A stretch of 64,000 bases of DNA, taken from the NCBI RefSeq assembly GCF_008831285.2, contig NC_045138.2, forward strand, positions 37,014,001 to 37,078,000. Reading direction: 5' to 3'. Source of the stretch: Nymphaea colorata. Its lineage: Eukaryota. Under the pieces are notes generated by a model that was given only the letters and a program-made list of their open reading frames with translations, was not told the origin of the DNA and ran no database searches. Positions 47,869 to 61,949 of the stretch are shown piece by piece. The translations under genes were made by a program, and so were the position numbers. Within the stretch, counting starts at the first letter, position 1. Each line of letters opens with the position of its first letter.

Positions 47869-50326
47869 CTGAATGGAAAAAAATAATCAGTGACACATCA
47901 CGTTTGAGATACTTCAAAGTTCAAACAGAAGATGACCACAATGAGGGGATGAGAAGGAGCCCTTATAGCGAGAGAGAGAGGAGAAAGAGAGAACTCAAAA
48001 GCCTCGATCCTTCCTTACAAACACCAAAAAGTTGCCCAAGAAAGAAAAATATGTATCAACCTTAGAACAACTTAATCTTACATTCCGCTAAAAGAGATGA
48101 AAAGACCAGACTATAGAAAATCAACAAAGATAATGGAACAGATATTCATACAGCCAAAGGGACCACTGCCCAGGGCTACATGTATCATACAGGACCACAC
48201 AGTCTATAAAAACACAGCTTTTGAAAAGCTTTATTTGACAGAAAAATCAGAATCCTCTTTTTTCATTTCCTTGCCACCGGCAACAACCTCGATTTTACTT
48301 TCTGGAAGCTGAGGGATTGCAAAAAATGTATCTATTTGTCCATTAGACTACACGTTGCAAAAGTCTCAACCAAACATTTTCAAGGCCATCAAACAGTTTC
48401 AAAAACTCATTTTATTAAAGTAGATCGTGATCATGGAAATAATGGAATTAAATTATCAAAAAACCTTCTCGAAAGAACTGTAACAGTGTCCCTAGAAGAT
48501 ATTGCGTGAAACCCTCAAAATTAAGACCTCGACGGGCATATGAAGACATTCTTTCCCATGTCCATAAAAGCCCAAAGTTAAACGCTACCAAATATGAGTA
48601 CATAGAGAAGAATCTTAAAGATTATTCCAGTTTGGAAGGGCATTTAATTTCCAACAAAAGCACCTATCCTATCCATTAAACAAATAATAGAATAAACAAT
48701 GATTAAATAAACAAAAAACAACAAAAGCTTTAAATAAAAAAAACTGACATGCACTCTGAAGGGCTTTTTTGTAATTATCTTTTTATGAAGAAAAATAAAT
48801 CACAAAACATACTAAAAAGTTTACCATATATATTATGCAAAACTTGAACCTCACCTACATCCTTTTCCAAACGGAAATGACTCCATTACTGCACATAGCT
48901 CACTCAGCACATGAAAACCGAATTTATCAGAGAAAACATAAACCGATAGCAGTTGTTTAACAAATATCTTCTTTATCCAGGAAAGGCAAGTTGGTAAAAC
49001 ATTGAAATGTTTGAGAAGCACACCCTAAATTTGTCTTATATCTGCTATTAAGTGGAGACCACATATTAGATGAAAGAGTCTTCCTTACAAAAGCAACCCA
49101 CTTAGCTTCAAAAAGTTATTTGTCAAATGGGGCATTTATATTCAGCTTTCGGAAAGGACATGAACAGAGCCTAACAAATGATTCTAGCAACGAGGTTTTC
49201 TTACATAACTAACACCGAATGTTGGTATTGAAGGTTTAGAAAACAAAAACGCCTGCCGCCACTGACCCCTTTGAAAAAGTTATGCACATAGAAAATTACA
49301 AGAAAAGAATGGTGCACACAGCAAGTATAATCACCGATCGGGAGGGACAACCCTAAACAAATAAATAAATAAAGATATAAATGTGTGTGGATTAATTGTG
49401 GGGATCAAGGAATTGCTGGGATGAGGACAACTAGTAACGTGGGGAACTAAAAATACCGTTACAGTTGAAGAAAGCACAATAACAAGAAAATGCACGAGCT
49501 AAGGACGAACCCATAATTATGTCTGAAAGGAGAAGATACAGACTTAAAATCTGACTACATTCCAACAAAACGTAATATAACTACAAAATGCCAAGACGGG
49601 GTTCAGATTTATATTGGAGTATCGAAATGCAGAATAAAAGCGAGCCGGCTTCTAAAAACGATATGCCCTTGGAAATGGATCCAACAATAATGTCCACATT
49701 GAAATAAAGAATGTTAAGAAAAGAATGTTAAGGAACACAAGCCAATAAGTCAATTTTGATGCGAACGAAATGTGAGAATAGGGTACTTTATCATGAGTAA
49801 TAACACAAGTATGAAGTAACAACCAAAAAAATTCAAAAAATAAGAAAATTTGGAAACCCTAGCCCCATATTCCATATTCAAATAGAAAAGGGAAAAACAA
49901 GCGCAGGGAAGGAGTGCACTCACTGTGGCTCTCCCACAGCCACGCAGACAAAAAAAAAGGCCGAATATAAAATAAATCATGACAGGATACGCAAATCGAG
50001 TGAATAATCTACATATGGGTCACAGGTTCGTGGTTAACTAGGGGGAAATGAAGGGAACAGACCGATGCCCTAAAGGAAACCATGGAAACCATTCTTGGGA
50101 ATGTCCGCCAAGCGCAAGAAAACAGAAAAAAAAATGCGAAGAGAAAACAAAGGGTGCTGAATGCAACTTTGTACCAGAAACCCACAAAGGAAATTTGAAC
50201 AAACCAAACATTTTCTCATGGGAAAAAACATTTTTCTGCAACAATGCCAAAACAAACAACGGAAAATAAAAGGATAAATAGTTGAGAGAGAGAGAGAGAG
50301 AGAAAGAGAGGCGATAAACTTTTGAC
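47869..50326 (-). other. Putative ~2.46-kb 5'-UTR intron of RanGAP
   Basis: Acceptor ...TTTTTTCCATTCAG lies 30 nt upstream of the ATG. A candidate donor AAAG|GTCAAA at 50326 sits next to a CT/GA-repeat leader region (50280-50430). The donor is inferred. Confidence 0.55.
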
Positions 50327-52156
50327 CTTTTCTCTTCGCCTTCTTCTTCTTCCCCTTTCAGTCTTCAACAGATGGAACGGAAGAGAGCGAGAGAATGAGA
50401 GAAAACGAGAGAGAGAGGGAAACGGAAACGAGGGAAGTCGTTCGATTGGGCGCTCTCCGCCTCCTTTTTGGGCTCCCTAGTGTGCCTCTCCCCCCGGCAA
50501 TTCTTGATCTGCCCTCAATCTTTCACGCAGATGACCGGAAGGCAGAGTCCCTTCCCCCGCAAGCCCCATCCTTATTTATTACACCATTATTTTATTTTCT
50601 TTTCTCGAGATGTGAATTTGAATTTGAACTGCACATCCAATAAAGCAAAATGGGTTTGCGGGTCAACCCGTATCCAAATCCATCTGCACAAGGGTCCATC
50701 CGCATCCACTATATTTTAAACCCATGCTTTTCTAACAAGTCCTCCCGCTCACCTCATCCATAGGCAATAAGAGCAAGCTTGCACAATAGTTCAACATTTA
50801 TATTATCTATATATATATTCAAACTTCAAATAATGCATAAAGCACTTAATTTTACAAGTGTTTTGCCTTTTTATATGATATGCCAAATTTTCTTCTTAAT
50901 TTTTTCATAAGTCTTTATCATTTTCATTTTTATCATTTCCAAGTTAGTGAGAACCTAACATGTTAAATAAGTCCCTATATTGACAACACCTAATGCGAAG
51001 GTCAATAAGCACCAATTTTCCTCCAATTATTTGGATCTGACGCAACGGCGCTGTGAATGTGCTGCCATCAGGCAAAAGCCTCCTTTCCTTTTGCATGTTT
51101 AGAGACAAATACGAATCAATTATTTGTTTTGTAACATTTTAGAGACAAAGAACACAGCAATTTTGAGATTGAAACCAGAAAATATCGTAACAGCCTTTTT
51201 CCTTTTTGTTTTTCCACCAACCTTTTCTTGTCAGGCAGTCGTGATTCAGATTTCGCATGTGCTGCTGCTCGGCCTTTTCCTTGGAAGAATAGACAAGTCT
51301 AAAAAGTAACGAAGAAAATGTCATCCAACAATATAATGTGGCAACTGTAGCTGGATGGATGCGATTTTTCTATACTTTGACTTGGATTTTAAAGAAAACC
51401 ATGATCCCAATGAGATAACCATGATCTTATTACTAAACACATATCCCAAGCAAAAATTTTAACATACAAATTTTGTGTTAGACTTGTTAGTACCATCAAA
51501 ACATGTAATGTTATTGTAATAAAAGTTCGGGAAGGAAAGTAGGAAAGTGATTTTAAATGTTATATGTATATATATATATACTGATTGTGGCGGTTTGATT
51601 CAAATTTCAATTTTAACAAATTGGGTAGTGATGAATGTGTTAATAGTCGATAAAAACCATACCAAATTGATATGAATATCAATTGTGAAAAATGAAACAA
51701 TAAAAAACATGAAACAGTCCACTCCAATATTGATCCGTATGGGTCTGAATCGGGTCAAATGACCTTATATCAACCTATCGAATGTTGAGTTACTGTATTA
51801 TTTTAAAACATTGATATGAAAGCATTTTAATATCACCGATACGAGCCGCAACACATCGGTCCATATCGGCCGAAGATGGATCGTTTGTAAGAAAAACGAG
51901 ACGGTACCAATGTTCGAAAATATTAGCCAAAGAGCAGATTCAGTAATCGAACCCGAATAATGACCCTCACAGGTTCGCGTTTAGATCCAAAATTGGAATT
52001 TCGGATCCAGAACAAAAAATTAGGACCCGTATCCGAATCAAGAATGATCATCCTGTCTCGTGGCGGGAATGTGGACATAATGGTAATCTTATATTATCCT
52101 TCCCAGACTCGTTTCCGCTAGTTCTTGCCGCGCTGCAACTCAAGACCCCGAGAAGG

Positions 52157-54070
52157 ATGCTGTCCTTGCCTTTGCCTGACGCGTCGTCTCTCCGGCTCCC
52201 CGTGGGAGCCGGATTCTCACAGGCGCCGCGACGTGCGGTGGCTCGCCGCTGTCTCTGGAAGGAAGATCATGGTGAGTCTTCGTCGTCTTTGGTCTCTTAT
52301 CCGACCGACGTCCTGAGGGCCGTTCAGAATTCCGGCGTCATTGCTTGCCTCAGGGCGGATAGGTAACTCCCGAGACGCTTTCTCTGTTTGCATGTATTTG
52401 TGGATTTTAGGGTCCTTTCGAGGGAAAAGGCTTCGTAGAAATGGACATCATCGCCACCTGATTACGGCGGGGTTTATCTTGTGGATGCTTATGCTACAGT
52501 TACTCGGAAGGTGTTTTGTCAGAATTCTGTTTTCGGAATCAGTGTCTTTATCAACTAGAAGAAAATAGAGTAGGTCTGTGTCTGCAAATTGAATTTACTT
52601 TAAATTGAAATCCCAACGGATCCCACTTTCGGAACAGGAGTTACTGTCCATTACTCAGGAAAATATTGCAACCTGCGAAAAAAGTCATCGCATTCGATGT
52701 CCAAGGCTGGATCGTCAGTCGCTTAGGATATCAAATTCCAATAAAGGTTCAGAGTGACTGTAAGTATACGCGCTTTCGGTAAATACTTTCTTCCATAATT
52801 TATGAGTCTCGTCCGAATCGTAACACGGGAAATTGCGGAAACCAATTTCTGTTGGCTCATTGGCACTGTTGGCGGACGGGAATTCTAACTCTAGATTCTA
52901 CGTGCCATCGCATCCAGATCCAGTCTTTTAAATGGTTATATGTTTTCAATGCGATCGCATTTATGTGATTGTGGTTGATCGCGAAGCTGTTTCTGAAACA
53001 TGTATGGATGGTGGTGGTTGGTGGAGCTGAGTTTCAAATTATTACGGTTTTATTTAGATGCTTCTGTTGCCGAATTGGATCAAGGCAGATTTGTGTTCAA
53101 GATTGTACTTCAATGCTGATAGGCTTTAATAGACAGATTTGTTCTACCTTTTTAACCTGTACAATGTCTGGCTTTACATGTAACAAGTTATTGTTTTATT
53201 TTTGTTGGTTTTCTTTTTCTTTCTTCTGGGGTACATCTGAAGCTGAAGGGTCTTAGCTCTTAAGTCGCCTCCCTAGCCAGGTGGAGGAAGCTCATTGGCG
53301 TCCTTGGTATAGCTGGAGCAAGATAGAAACTCCAATCTGAATCATGCCATTTGGAGATTTCCTCTTTTGTGGTGAATGCTAGGGAGTTGATTCAGGAACC
53401 CTTCATGATGGTTACGTTGTGATGATAAATGATGTCCTGTTTTTGCAACTCGAGAAACAAACCCTGTTATGCATCTTATTTAAGCTTCCATTTCCTCCTC
53501 TTCTCTTTGTTGTGTTGTGCGGCATCATATATTCTGCTCTAACAAATCCTTCTTTTTTTCCCTGAAGCATGGAGCTGGCAGTGGAAGCAGCACGTGCAGC
53601 TCTGAGTGGTGGTATCTCTTTGGTGGGAATTCTTGAATCATATTATTTTCTATCTCCTTCCTTCCAATTCCTTATACAATTGTCTTTATACCTTTTATGG
53701 CAATGGCATTCAGTTTTCATGGGAAAACATCCTTCTAGTTTAATTCCTATGGGTACATAACCCACTATAGGTAGATGAAGTGTGCTAATTACCACATGGA
53801 TGTGTGTTTTTTATGCCATTACAAAATATTTTGCGTTTTTCGTTGTTAATCTTGATGGTATTCAGAATTCATGCTCATTCTTAGGAAATTTAGTGGCTGA
53901 TGTTCTTGTCTTCTAGTTGTAGATGATAAATACATGTCTGATGTTTCAAAGTGCCAATGCATTGAATACGCTGATCGTATGTCATGTAGGGGAATTTGAG
54001 TAACTTTGTTAGGAAAGCAGGGAAATTTTTCCTCGTTTTTCATCCATTGATGATGAATCTGTGGGGCTTT

Positions 54071-54127
<57 letters not shown>

Positions 54128-57100
54128 AATATGGACTTCATTTATGAAAATGAGTATTTCTTTGATATATTTTAAAATATTTTACTCTCTAATTTGCAGT
54201 TGGAGATCATCATTTCTACACCAGGTGTGTTCGAGGTTGTTTTTGTACAACTTTTGGTTTGCTCTCTTGTTTTAATCTTGAATTTCCATTGCTTTTTTGA
54301 GTCCAGAAACTAAAGTATGTTTTCTTTCTCCATGTGCAGGCAATTCAAGAGCTTGTAAGAGAATATCCATCATCCCTTATAGGAGTAAGTATATAATGTG
54401 TAACTTAGACGCAATGTCATGCAGTAGGTCTCAACGTATGAACTTAATTTTCTTCTCTGTTTCTATTGTTAGGATAGTGGAAAACTTTTGTCAATTAACT
54501 ATGATATTGGAATATGCCTTTAACGAATTAGAACTAGATTTTGAGTAAACTGTAAATTCTTCAGTTTTCAGACAAGTTCTTTCGATATATTGTTCTATGA
54601 TGGATTATAATTTTCAACGGTTAGAAGCACAGTGTATAAGTGTCATAAGCTACATATACCACTGAAACAAGGTAATGGTACATGACAGCCTTTGCTTATT
54701 TCTGGATGTTTGAATTAATGTGGTCTTCAAGGCTTCTTCTTGGTTCCAATGGGAGATTTGTTTTTTCTTTAATGTTTTAAAATATGTGCACTTTGTAATG
54801 AAATTCCATTCTTTAATTGCGCTTGCCACTCTAATTGGAATGTGAATTATACCTTTCTTTAATCATGTCCATTCTAGAGAAGGATCACCACTAAAGGGAA
54901 ATGAAGGGAAAACAGGCTATTGTAGGCTCATTTTTTTTGTGATCTGGTCTTGAACTTGTTCATCTGACTATTGCATGCGGATCATAAGTTGCAAACACAA
55001 CATGGTTTCCTAATGCAGTGTATAAGTCCGGATGAAGTTCTACCAGAAATGCTACTGTAGAGGGATTTCAATATTTTAATGGTTTTAGATTAAGAGTGAT
55101 GATTTGGTTTTGGACATGGATAAAAATGTTAAGCAGGCTATTTGAGGCCAGGGTTTTCACCTAGCTGACAGTTCACGTGGGTGTAATGTCATAACTGACA
55201 CACACGAGTGCATGCTTGCTGTGATTGGTTGGGGCAAGACATATGTGTGAGAAGTGGTTCATCATGCTTTATGTATACTATATATTATTTTGTTCTTTAA
55301 TGATAAGAAGCTCATGGAGCACCCACCTAGATCTACTGACATTGGTTTTTTGTGATAAGGTTAGATATGCTCACGGCTTTTAGTTATTACTGAAGCTAGA
55401 AAAAGCAAACAGAAGAGTAGATTTCCAAAGCTGAAACCAGGAGTTATTAACTTTCTTTATGTCTTTTTCATGTGTCCATGCACCAAGCCGCTTTGGTAAG
55501 TCTCTCTTCCCTCATGCATGCACAGATAGAAAGACTAATTTATTTCTTGTCACAGCCATTGGATCTCAACAGGTGAAATGGCGATGACTAGAAGCTAATG
55601 CTCTAGGAGCTCCATTAGTTACTCTTAGTCCGTACAATACATATAAATGTATCATACAGCTTTATGTTACTATATAATTATAGGTATGTATATGTGTATA
55701 TTGTGAAGATATTCTAGCTGTTGCTTCATAACCAATCATGGCTGGTAACTGATCACTATCCATGCTTACCATGCTTCCTAAGCTTTCGTAAAAATCTCTA
55801 CAAAAGCACTCGTTAATAGACAACTCGAGTTTGAGAATCTGTTGTGCAGGTTGTGCCTTCCACTTTTTCTTCTCTGCTCCTCGTCTCCTAACATGTCATT
55901 TCTTGTCAATGTTTAACACATGCTTCTATAAAATGTGCGTGTGTGTTTTATCTTCTCTCAAATTGGAATAATGTGGCTTTGCTATTGCCTAGGCGGGTAC
56001 AGTCCTCTGCTCCAAGGATGCAGAACATGCTGTACAAGCTGGGGCAAAATTCCTATTGAGTCCAGCAACTATTAAGGTTTGACTATAAAACTTCTACTGA
56101 AATAGGACATCATTTATCTGCATTTGTTATCTATTCAGAAAGTAATGTGACTTGTATGGCATTTGAGTTGCCTTTTTGCATCATGTCTTTGTTAACAGAA
56201 GAGAGAGATTGGTTAGAAACTCTTGAGTTGACTAAAAGGAAAAAAAGAAGGAAAAATGAATAGAAAGCATAAGAGGTAGATGTGTAAGGAGATTAGACAA
56301 AGAACCAGAAATAATACCAGGATAATAAACAAGAAACACACATAAGACCGTGGAAGACTGCACTCTCACTCTCAATTGGACTGTAAGAACTAAAAAATGA
56401 AAATAAAAGGATCCAGATCATGATGCCAAACAACATTCAGTTACAGTTAAAGGCTGCCAAAAAAGGACAAGGGGCTCTAGAAAATGAAACACAAGGAATT
56501 GATCTTGAAAAAATTACTAGGAGGAAGAAAGGTTAGAACATTTCAACTGAATTCTGGAAAAAAATGTGAGAAAATAATAGTTTCATATACACAAAAATTC
56601 TGAATTTCAACAGTATCAAATCCTTTATTTCATGTGCACGGTACATGCCATGAGAAGATAGAAGTAATTCAACCTGAATTGTGAATGCATAGGGTACTCA
56701 AGACTCAACAGCATAAATGTTTGGATGCTTAATGCTAATTTTTCTATTTCCATGTCCAGGCACCATGGAGGTACTTTTATTCTTGTATACTGTATCATAC
56801 ATTGTCTGACTACATTTGTTTTTAGCTTTTTGAGAAGTATCTTATGTAATATTCATGTACAAAATTTTCCAAAATACCATGAAGAAAGTAAGGCGATACA
56901 TCATTGATGTGCATTATTTTTCTACTAGCCATGCAAATGGTTGAAATATGAAAATTCTTCCAAAGCATGGATTTTAAGTATTTAAGATATTTGTTTATTC
57001 CCTTGTCTTGCCAAGCTGAATTGGACTATGATGTTGTATGATACTTGGAGTTCTCATGTTTTCCAGTTTTCTGGCGATAGTGCATCTCGGATTTTATACT

Positions 57101-60100
57101 GGGAATTGTTTTAGCTTGGAAAAATGGAACACTCTTGTTATACATCTTTGCGGATGAAAGTGTAATTTTGAAAGAAATGAAGTATTCCGTGTGGCAGCCT
57201 GAAGCTTTTTATTTGACTTACTTCCTCTTATTTTCTGCTTCTCTTTTCTCCACGTTGATCTCCAATTTTGTTCTGGCAAGAGGGTTTTGGTTCTCCTCAA
57301 CTGAAGATACAATTAGCTATAGGTGTTGATGCGCTTTTGTGGCTTTTGTAGGATATCATTGGCGATTTGAGAAGCAGTTCTGTTCTTTATCTTCCTGGAG
57401 TAATGACCCCAACAGAAGTGAGATAATCTTCTCTTGTGCTTATCTAGTCTTAGTTTTAGTTGATTTCTTTTAACTAAGTAACCATTTGTATCATCATGTA
57501 TAATGTATGGCGTGTCTTTGATGTGGATTTGTGTATATTGAATTTTTTAGTAGTCAGCATATTTAAATCTGTATCCAACCAATATGGATGTTGATGCAGT
57601 CATTGTGGACTATAGAAGATACAACTGATCTAGTTTGGAAGAAGCAGTTGGGTGTGTAGCTGCTGTATGTCTGTATGCCAGCAGCTCCAACTTTATCTCT
57701 CAAAGTTTGATTTTATCAGATCTAAGTTTTGAGTTTGATGAAAGATATGAAGTAGAATCTTAGATATGCTGTCCAAGTCAAATTCAACCTGGGATGAAGC
57801 AAGACTTTAGTCTGAATTGAGACACAGGTTAAGACAAAGCTAATGCCAAGTTGAATATCACCTGGTCAAATGAAAGCATGTGGACAGCTAAACCTCTATT
57901 CCTCAAAAGCACACACATGCACACACACAGATGACTCAAGAGAACTGAGGTGGCATTGTGATAGCTTGTAGAAGGTAGGATAAGTTGTTCAGGAAGATTC
58001 TGCCTTATTCTTAAAAACAGAACATAATTTGTACTAAGTACAGTATACAGCCTGCCATTTTGTCAATGTATGCATAGCACCTACTTTTGTTGTGCTCATC
58101 CCGAATGATATGGTATCCCAGTATAAGCAAGCTAGGCATTTGAATTCATTTTATCTGGAGTCTTAACTTTGGAATCCTTTTTTGTCTGAATAATAATTAC
58201 TCTCTTATATTTAACAAATTATCAGGTTTTAACTGCATATGTTGAGGGTGCCAGAGCTGTGAAGGTTAGAGATTTTGTCTTTCTTTTGAGTGTACATAAT
58301 GCATTATATCTTTTGATTTGGATCTCATTACGTGATTGATATACTTTGTCTTCTACATCTTATGTGATGGCGTTTTTGTTGGTAATGCCATCCTCTGATA
58401 GGCACATACATACTTGGTCTTTCTTTTAAAAATGTTCAGAAATTTTCTTCGTTCAATTAGTTTGGTACTTATCACGTTCTTTGGTTTGCTACTTCCCATT
58501 ATTTGTGGTAAGAAATATATGTTCCCTGTGAACCTAGAACTTGTTGAATTTTTGGGAAGTGCTTTGCTTGTAAGGGAGAGGGTCATCCTTTTTGTCACCC
58601 TTTGATTTGTTATAATGAGAGCCAAGGGCTGAAGTAGTTAGCCACCTTTCCGATGGTATTTAGTAAAACCACCAGAACAAAGTTGCACACAAGCACATGG
58701 AAGGGTCCGACTTGGGTAGATTGTTTATTCTTATTTGCCTTATTTTAGGGGTCCTCATTCCAATCAAATTCAGGTTATCCCTATCAAGAAAGGATTTTGT
58801 GGATGAAGGGCTGACCACATGTTATGTCCATTTTATGACACTAGGATACCAATGTAGTAGCATTCAGCATCGATTTGAGCCAGATCTGGACATTTCGATC
58901 CATGACACCAGCTCTATATCCAATAAATATGGTTATACTAGCCAGGTTGAGGTTTGTAATGGAACCATTGGATTTTTGAAGCAGATATGCTTTGATCATG
59001 CTAAGAACTAAATCAAACTTCACCTACTTTAGTTTCTCCGCGTTATAGTAGATGTCCCTATGTCAGGAAATTCAGCACCACTTGGACTGAAATTATAATT
59101 ACTCTAGGATTTTACTTTAAGGTGCACAAAGGTTATTGTTTTTGTCACATCCATGCTTGCTAGCGACTTTCAACATGCCAAACAGCCTCACATCTGTTTT
59201 TTTCAGAATGATATCCATCCAAACCTGAGCTTTTAGTACTTTGTGTCCTAGTTTATAACTCTTTTTTGGTGTCGAATCAAGTAGGACAAAGAGTAGGTTG
59301 GGATCTGTCAGTTCGGTTGTGGGCTTCCGGTTAATTTGTTCTTCTCCTTGTTGATCACTTCTGCTTTGTGCTTGTCATAATTCCCCATGTATGTGTGCTT
59401 TATATTTGACTGCTATTTGTGATTTGGTTTGCCAAGATTTTGTGATTTATGTCCATTGACTGTAGTAGTCTCAGTATTATTTTATTTGTCTGGATCGGAT
59501 TGCCATTGTCATGCTTCCTTTGTGTCACATTAATCTTTTAACAGCTTTTACTTGTGCAGGTTTATCCAGTTTCATTACTAGGAGGCCCGCAATACATATC
59601 AGCTCTTAAGAAGCCATTTCCCAATATTCCAATGGTTGCTTCTCAAGGCATCACAATAGGTCTCTCGGAAGAGCCAAACTTGTAATTGTCAAAGCATGTT
59701 TGGAGTCTGATTCTGTTCTGTTTGCTTGATACCATTGAACGTTTTTCATTTGTTCTGACACATCTGAATATTTGATCGAGGGAATTTTTGGTCAAAATTA
59801 GATATCATTATGGAACAACATTTTTGTTCAATGGAGAACCTTAGTTAGAGCATCAAATGGGTCAGTTTAAGTCGCGTCTTATTTGAAAATAATCTGATAC
59901 TTCTGCATTTGGCTCATTAATTTATAGCAAAATGTGCTTGGGTTGAAATTCAGATTTAGTTCAGGTTCAGACACCAGCATTTAAATCACTGTCAGTTTGG
60001 ATCTGAACAAGATCCAACTTGACTTCAATTTTTACATTAAAAGTGTATGTTTTTTTTATCACTCCTTATCAGATCAAGTATGTTGTCTGTCACCTTTTAT

Positions 60101-61201
60101 CAGATCCCATTGTATTACAGAGTTCTCTGATCTAGATTTGACACCAGTTTATTGGATTTATTTGGATTAGGATTCTGATATTCAGCTTTTAGATCTGATA
60201 TACTGGAATCTGGTCCAGACACAGTCCATTTTTGCCACAAACCATGGCTGATGCAAGCTGGTATAGGAAGCTTGACTGAAGCAAGCTGCCTGTACATACT
60301 GCCTTGACTTTCTTTAAGTGCCTGTTTGGGGATATGCACAACAGGTTCAGAGTTATGGTTGCTTGTGAATGCATCATAGTTACTGATCCTGATAAACTGT
60401 TCTGATTGCTTTGTCCATGCCTCATTTCTATTCAACGAGTGTCATGGCTGATAGTGAAATGTGGTTTCCAGATCATACTAAAAGTACAAAAAATTTGCTG
60501 GAATGAATACATGGAGTCTCACTCCTGCAGTTAATTATGAATCATTGGATATATCCGTGTTAAGCTAGCATCATATTGTACATTTGATCCATTATGCAGA
60601 TATTCTGCACCATGGATTGGTGGCAAAAAAGATTTTTGGGCTTGCTAATATGTTCTCTAGTAGCGTGGAAGGCTTAGTCTGCTTGCATTTGATTTATCGA
60701 GGAACTTACTGCACTTCAAGTTCCAGTTTATGTATCCAAGTCATACATAGTACCTTGAGGGTAATGCCTCACATGTTAGCAGGCCTCCAGTTATTCCTTA
60801 GTGATCCTAATGTACTTCCGGTTGCTGAATGTCTATGGACATTGTGACTCCTTAGCTTTCACATACTTCTTATATACTCTTTTTTACACTTTATGAAGTT
60901 TATTTTAAGATGAATGTGGAAGCGTGATAATCACTTCATTTTGGATCCAGTGTTTCTCAAAATGATCCACTAGATTAACTGGAATAATTGGCACTTTATT
61001 TGATATCTTATTTATTTGTATAATTTTTTGGTTGCAGATTCAATCGAACAATATATTCATTGTGGAGCTTCAGCAGTGGTTTTATCTGATGCTATATTTA
61101 ACAAAGTATCAGTGAGGCAACGAGATTTTGACAGAATATGCCAATTAGCTAGAGATTCTGTTTCTCGAGCTAGCAATGCCATGCAGAGGTATGAACCATG
61201 A
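52157..61201 (+). CDS. eda: KHG/KDPG aldolase (Eda-like class I aldolase) with putative N-terminal transit peptide
   Basis: Exons in frame: 52157-52362, 53568-53622, 54200-54235, 54340-54384, 55993-56076, 57352-57417, 58226-58264, 59560-59659, 61038-(61188 or 61201). Motifs: GVIACLRA, GGISLLEI, IGAGTVL, AGAKFLLSP, LPGVMTPTEV, AVKVYP (Schiff-base Lys), PFPNIPMVASQG and GASAVVLS. The C-terminus is uncertain: either read-through to TGA at 61201, or splicing at GT 61189 to a short last exon. Confidence 0.92.
54075..54124. repeat. (AT)25 microsatellite in aldolase intron 2
   Basis: Read directly from the sequence. Confidence 0.95.
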
Positions 61202-61917
61202 TCTCCTTTCGTTAACCATGTAGAATTTTTTCATAGTCCATGGGACATGGGTATGTCTATTACTTCAAAGCGATAAAGTGCAGCTACCTGAACTTAGTGT
61301 ACCATTGTTCATCTTAATGCCTATTCTCTAAAAGTTGCTATATGAAAGGATTATGTTCAATTCAAAACAAAGTTCTCTTGCTTTGTCTGTGTTTCTTGGC
61401 TTTTTCAACTGTTGAATTGATGTAGACAATTACCTGAATATTCTGCTTCCAGAGTATTTACGGCCAATTAGACACATCAATCATTGATACGTTGCAGTCC
61501 ATCAGGTATTCCACTGCCAATTATGAGTGAAATTGTTGAATGCTGGGGATGACTCGGCAGATGTTGCCTACATATTTTGTGCTGATATGATATACAAAAT
61601 GCGAACATTCCCAAGCTGAAGGGGCATCACTAGTACCGTTCTCTCGAGTGTGCATCCTCACTGTGAGCCTCATGTCAAATTGACATAGTAGTAGGTTTGT
61701 CATATTCTCTAACTAGTTTGGATCTATATTCTCATATATGCATATAAAGAAACTAGATCTTGACTTCTACAAATCCTAAGAACTTCAACTTCTGAGTCTC
61801 TCTCTCTCTCTCATTGAATGTTCACTATCGAGCAGTCAATAAGGAAAAAGAAAAACATATTACTCGTTGGTGTGATATTTGTTAGAAGTTTAGATATAGC
61901 TTATATATATATATATG

Positions 61918-61949
<32 letters not shown>

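Noticed and set aside
46208..47872. Plus-strand ORFs antisense to RanGAP
   Set aside because: Shadow ORFs of the RanGAP CDS with no independent gene signals.
58697..59023. 104-aa ORF nested in aldolase intron 7
   Set aside because: No recognisable family and no promoter or splice support. This length is achievable by chance or from TE debris.
12602..61201. The seven genes as a biosynthetic gene cluster (P450 + transporter + aldolase)
   Set aside because: There is no scaffold-forming enzyme or acyltransferase, and the intervening genes are housekeeping. This looks like an ordinary syntenic block.
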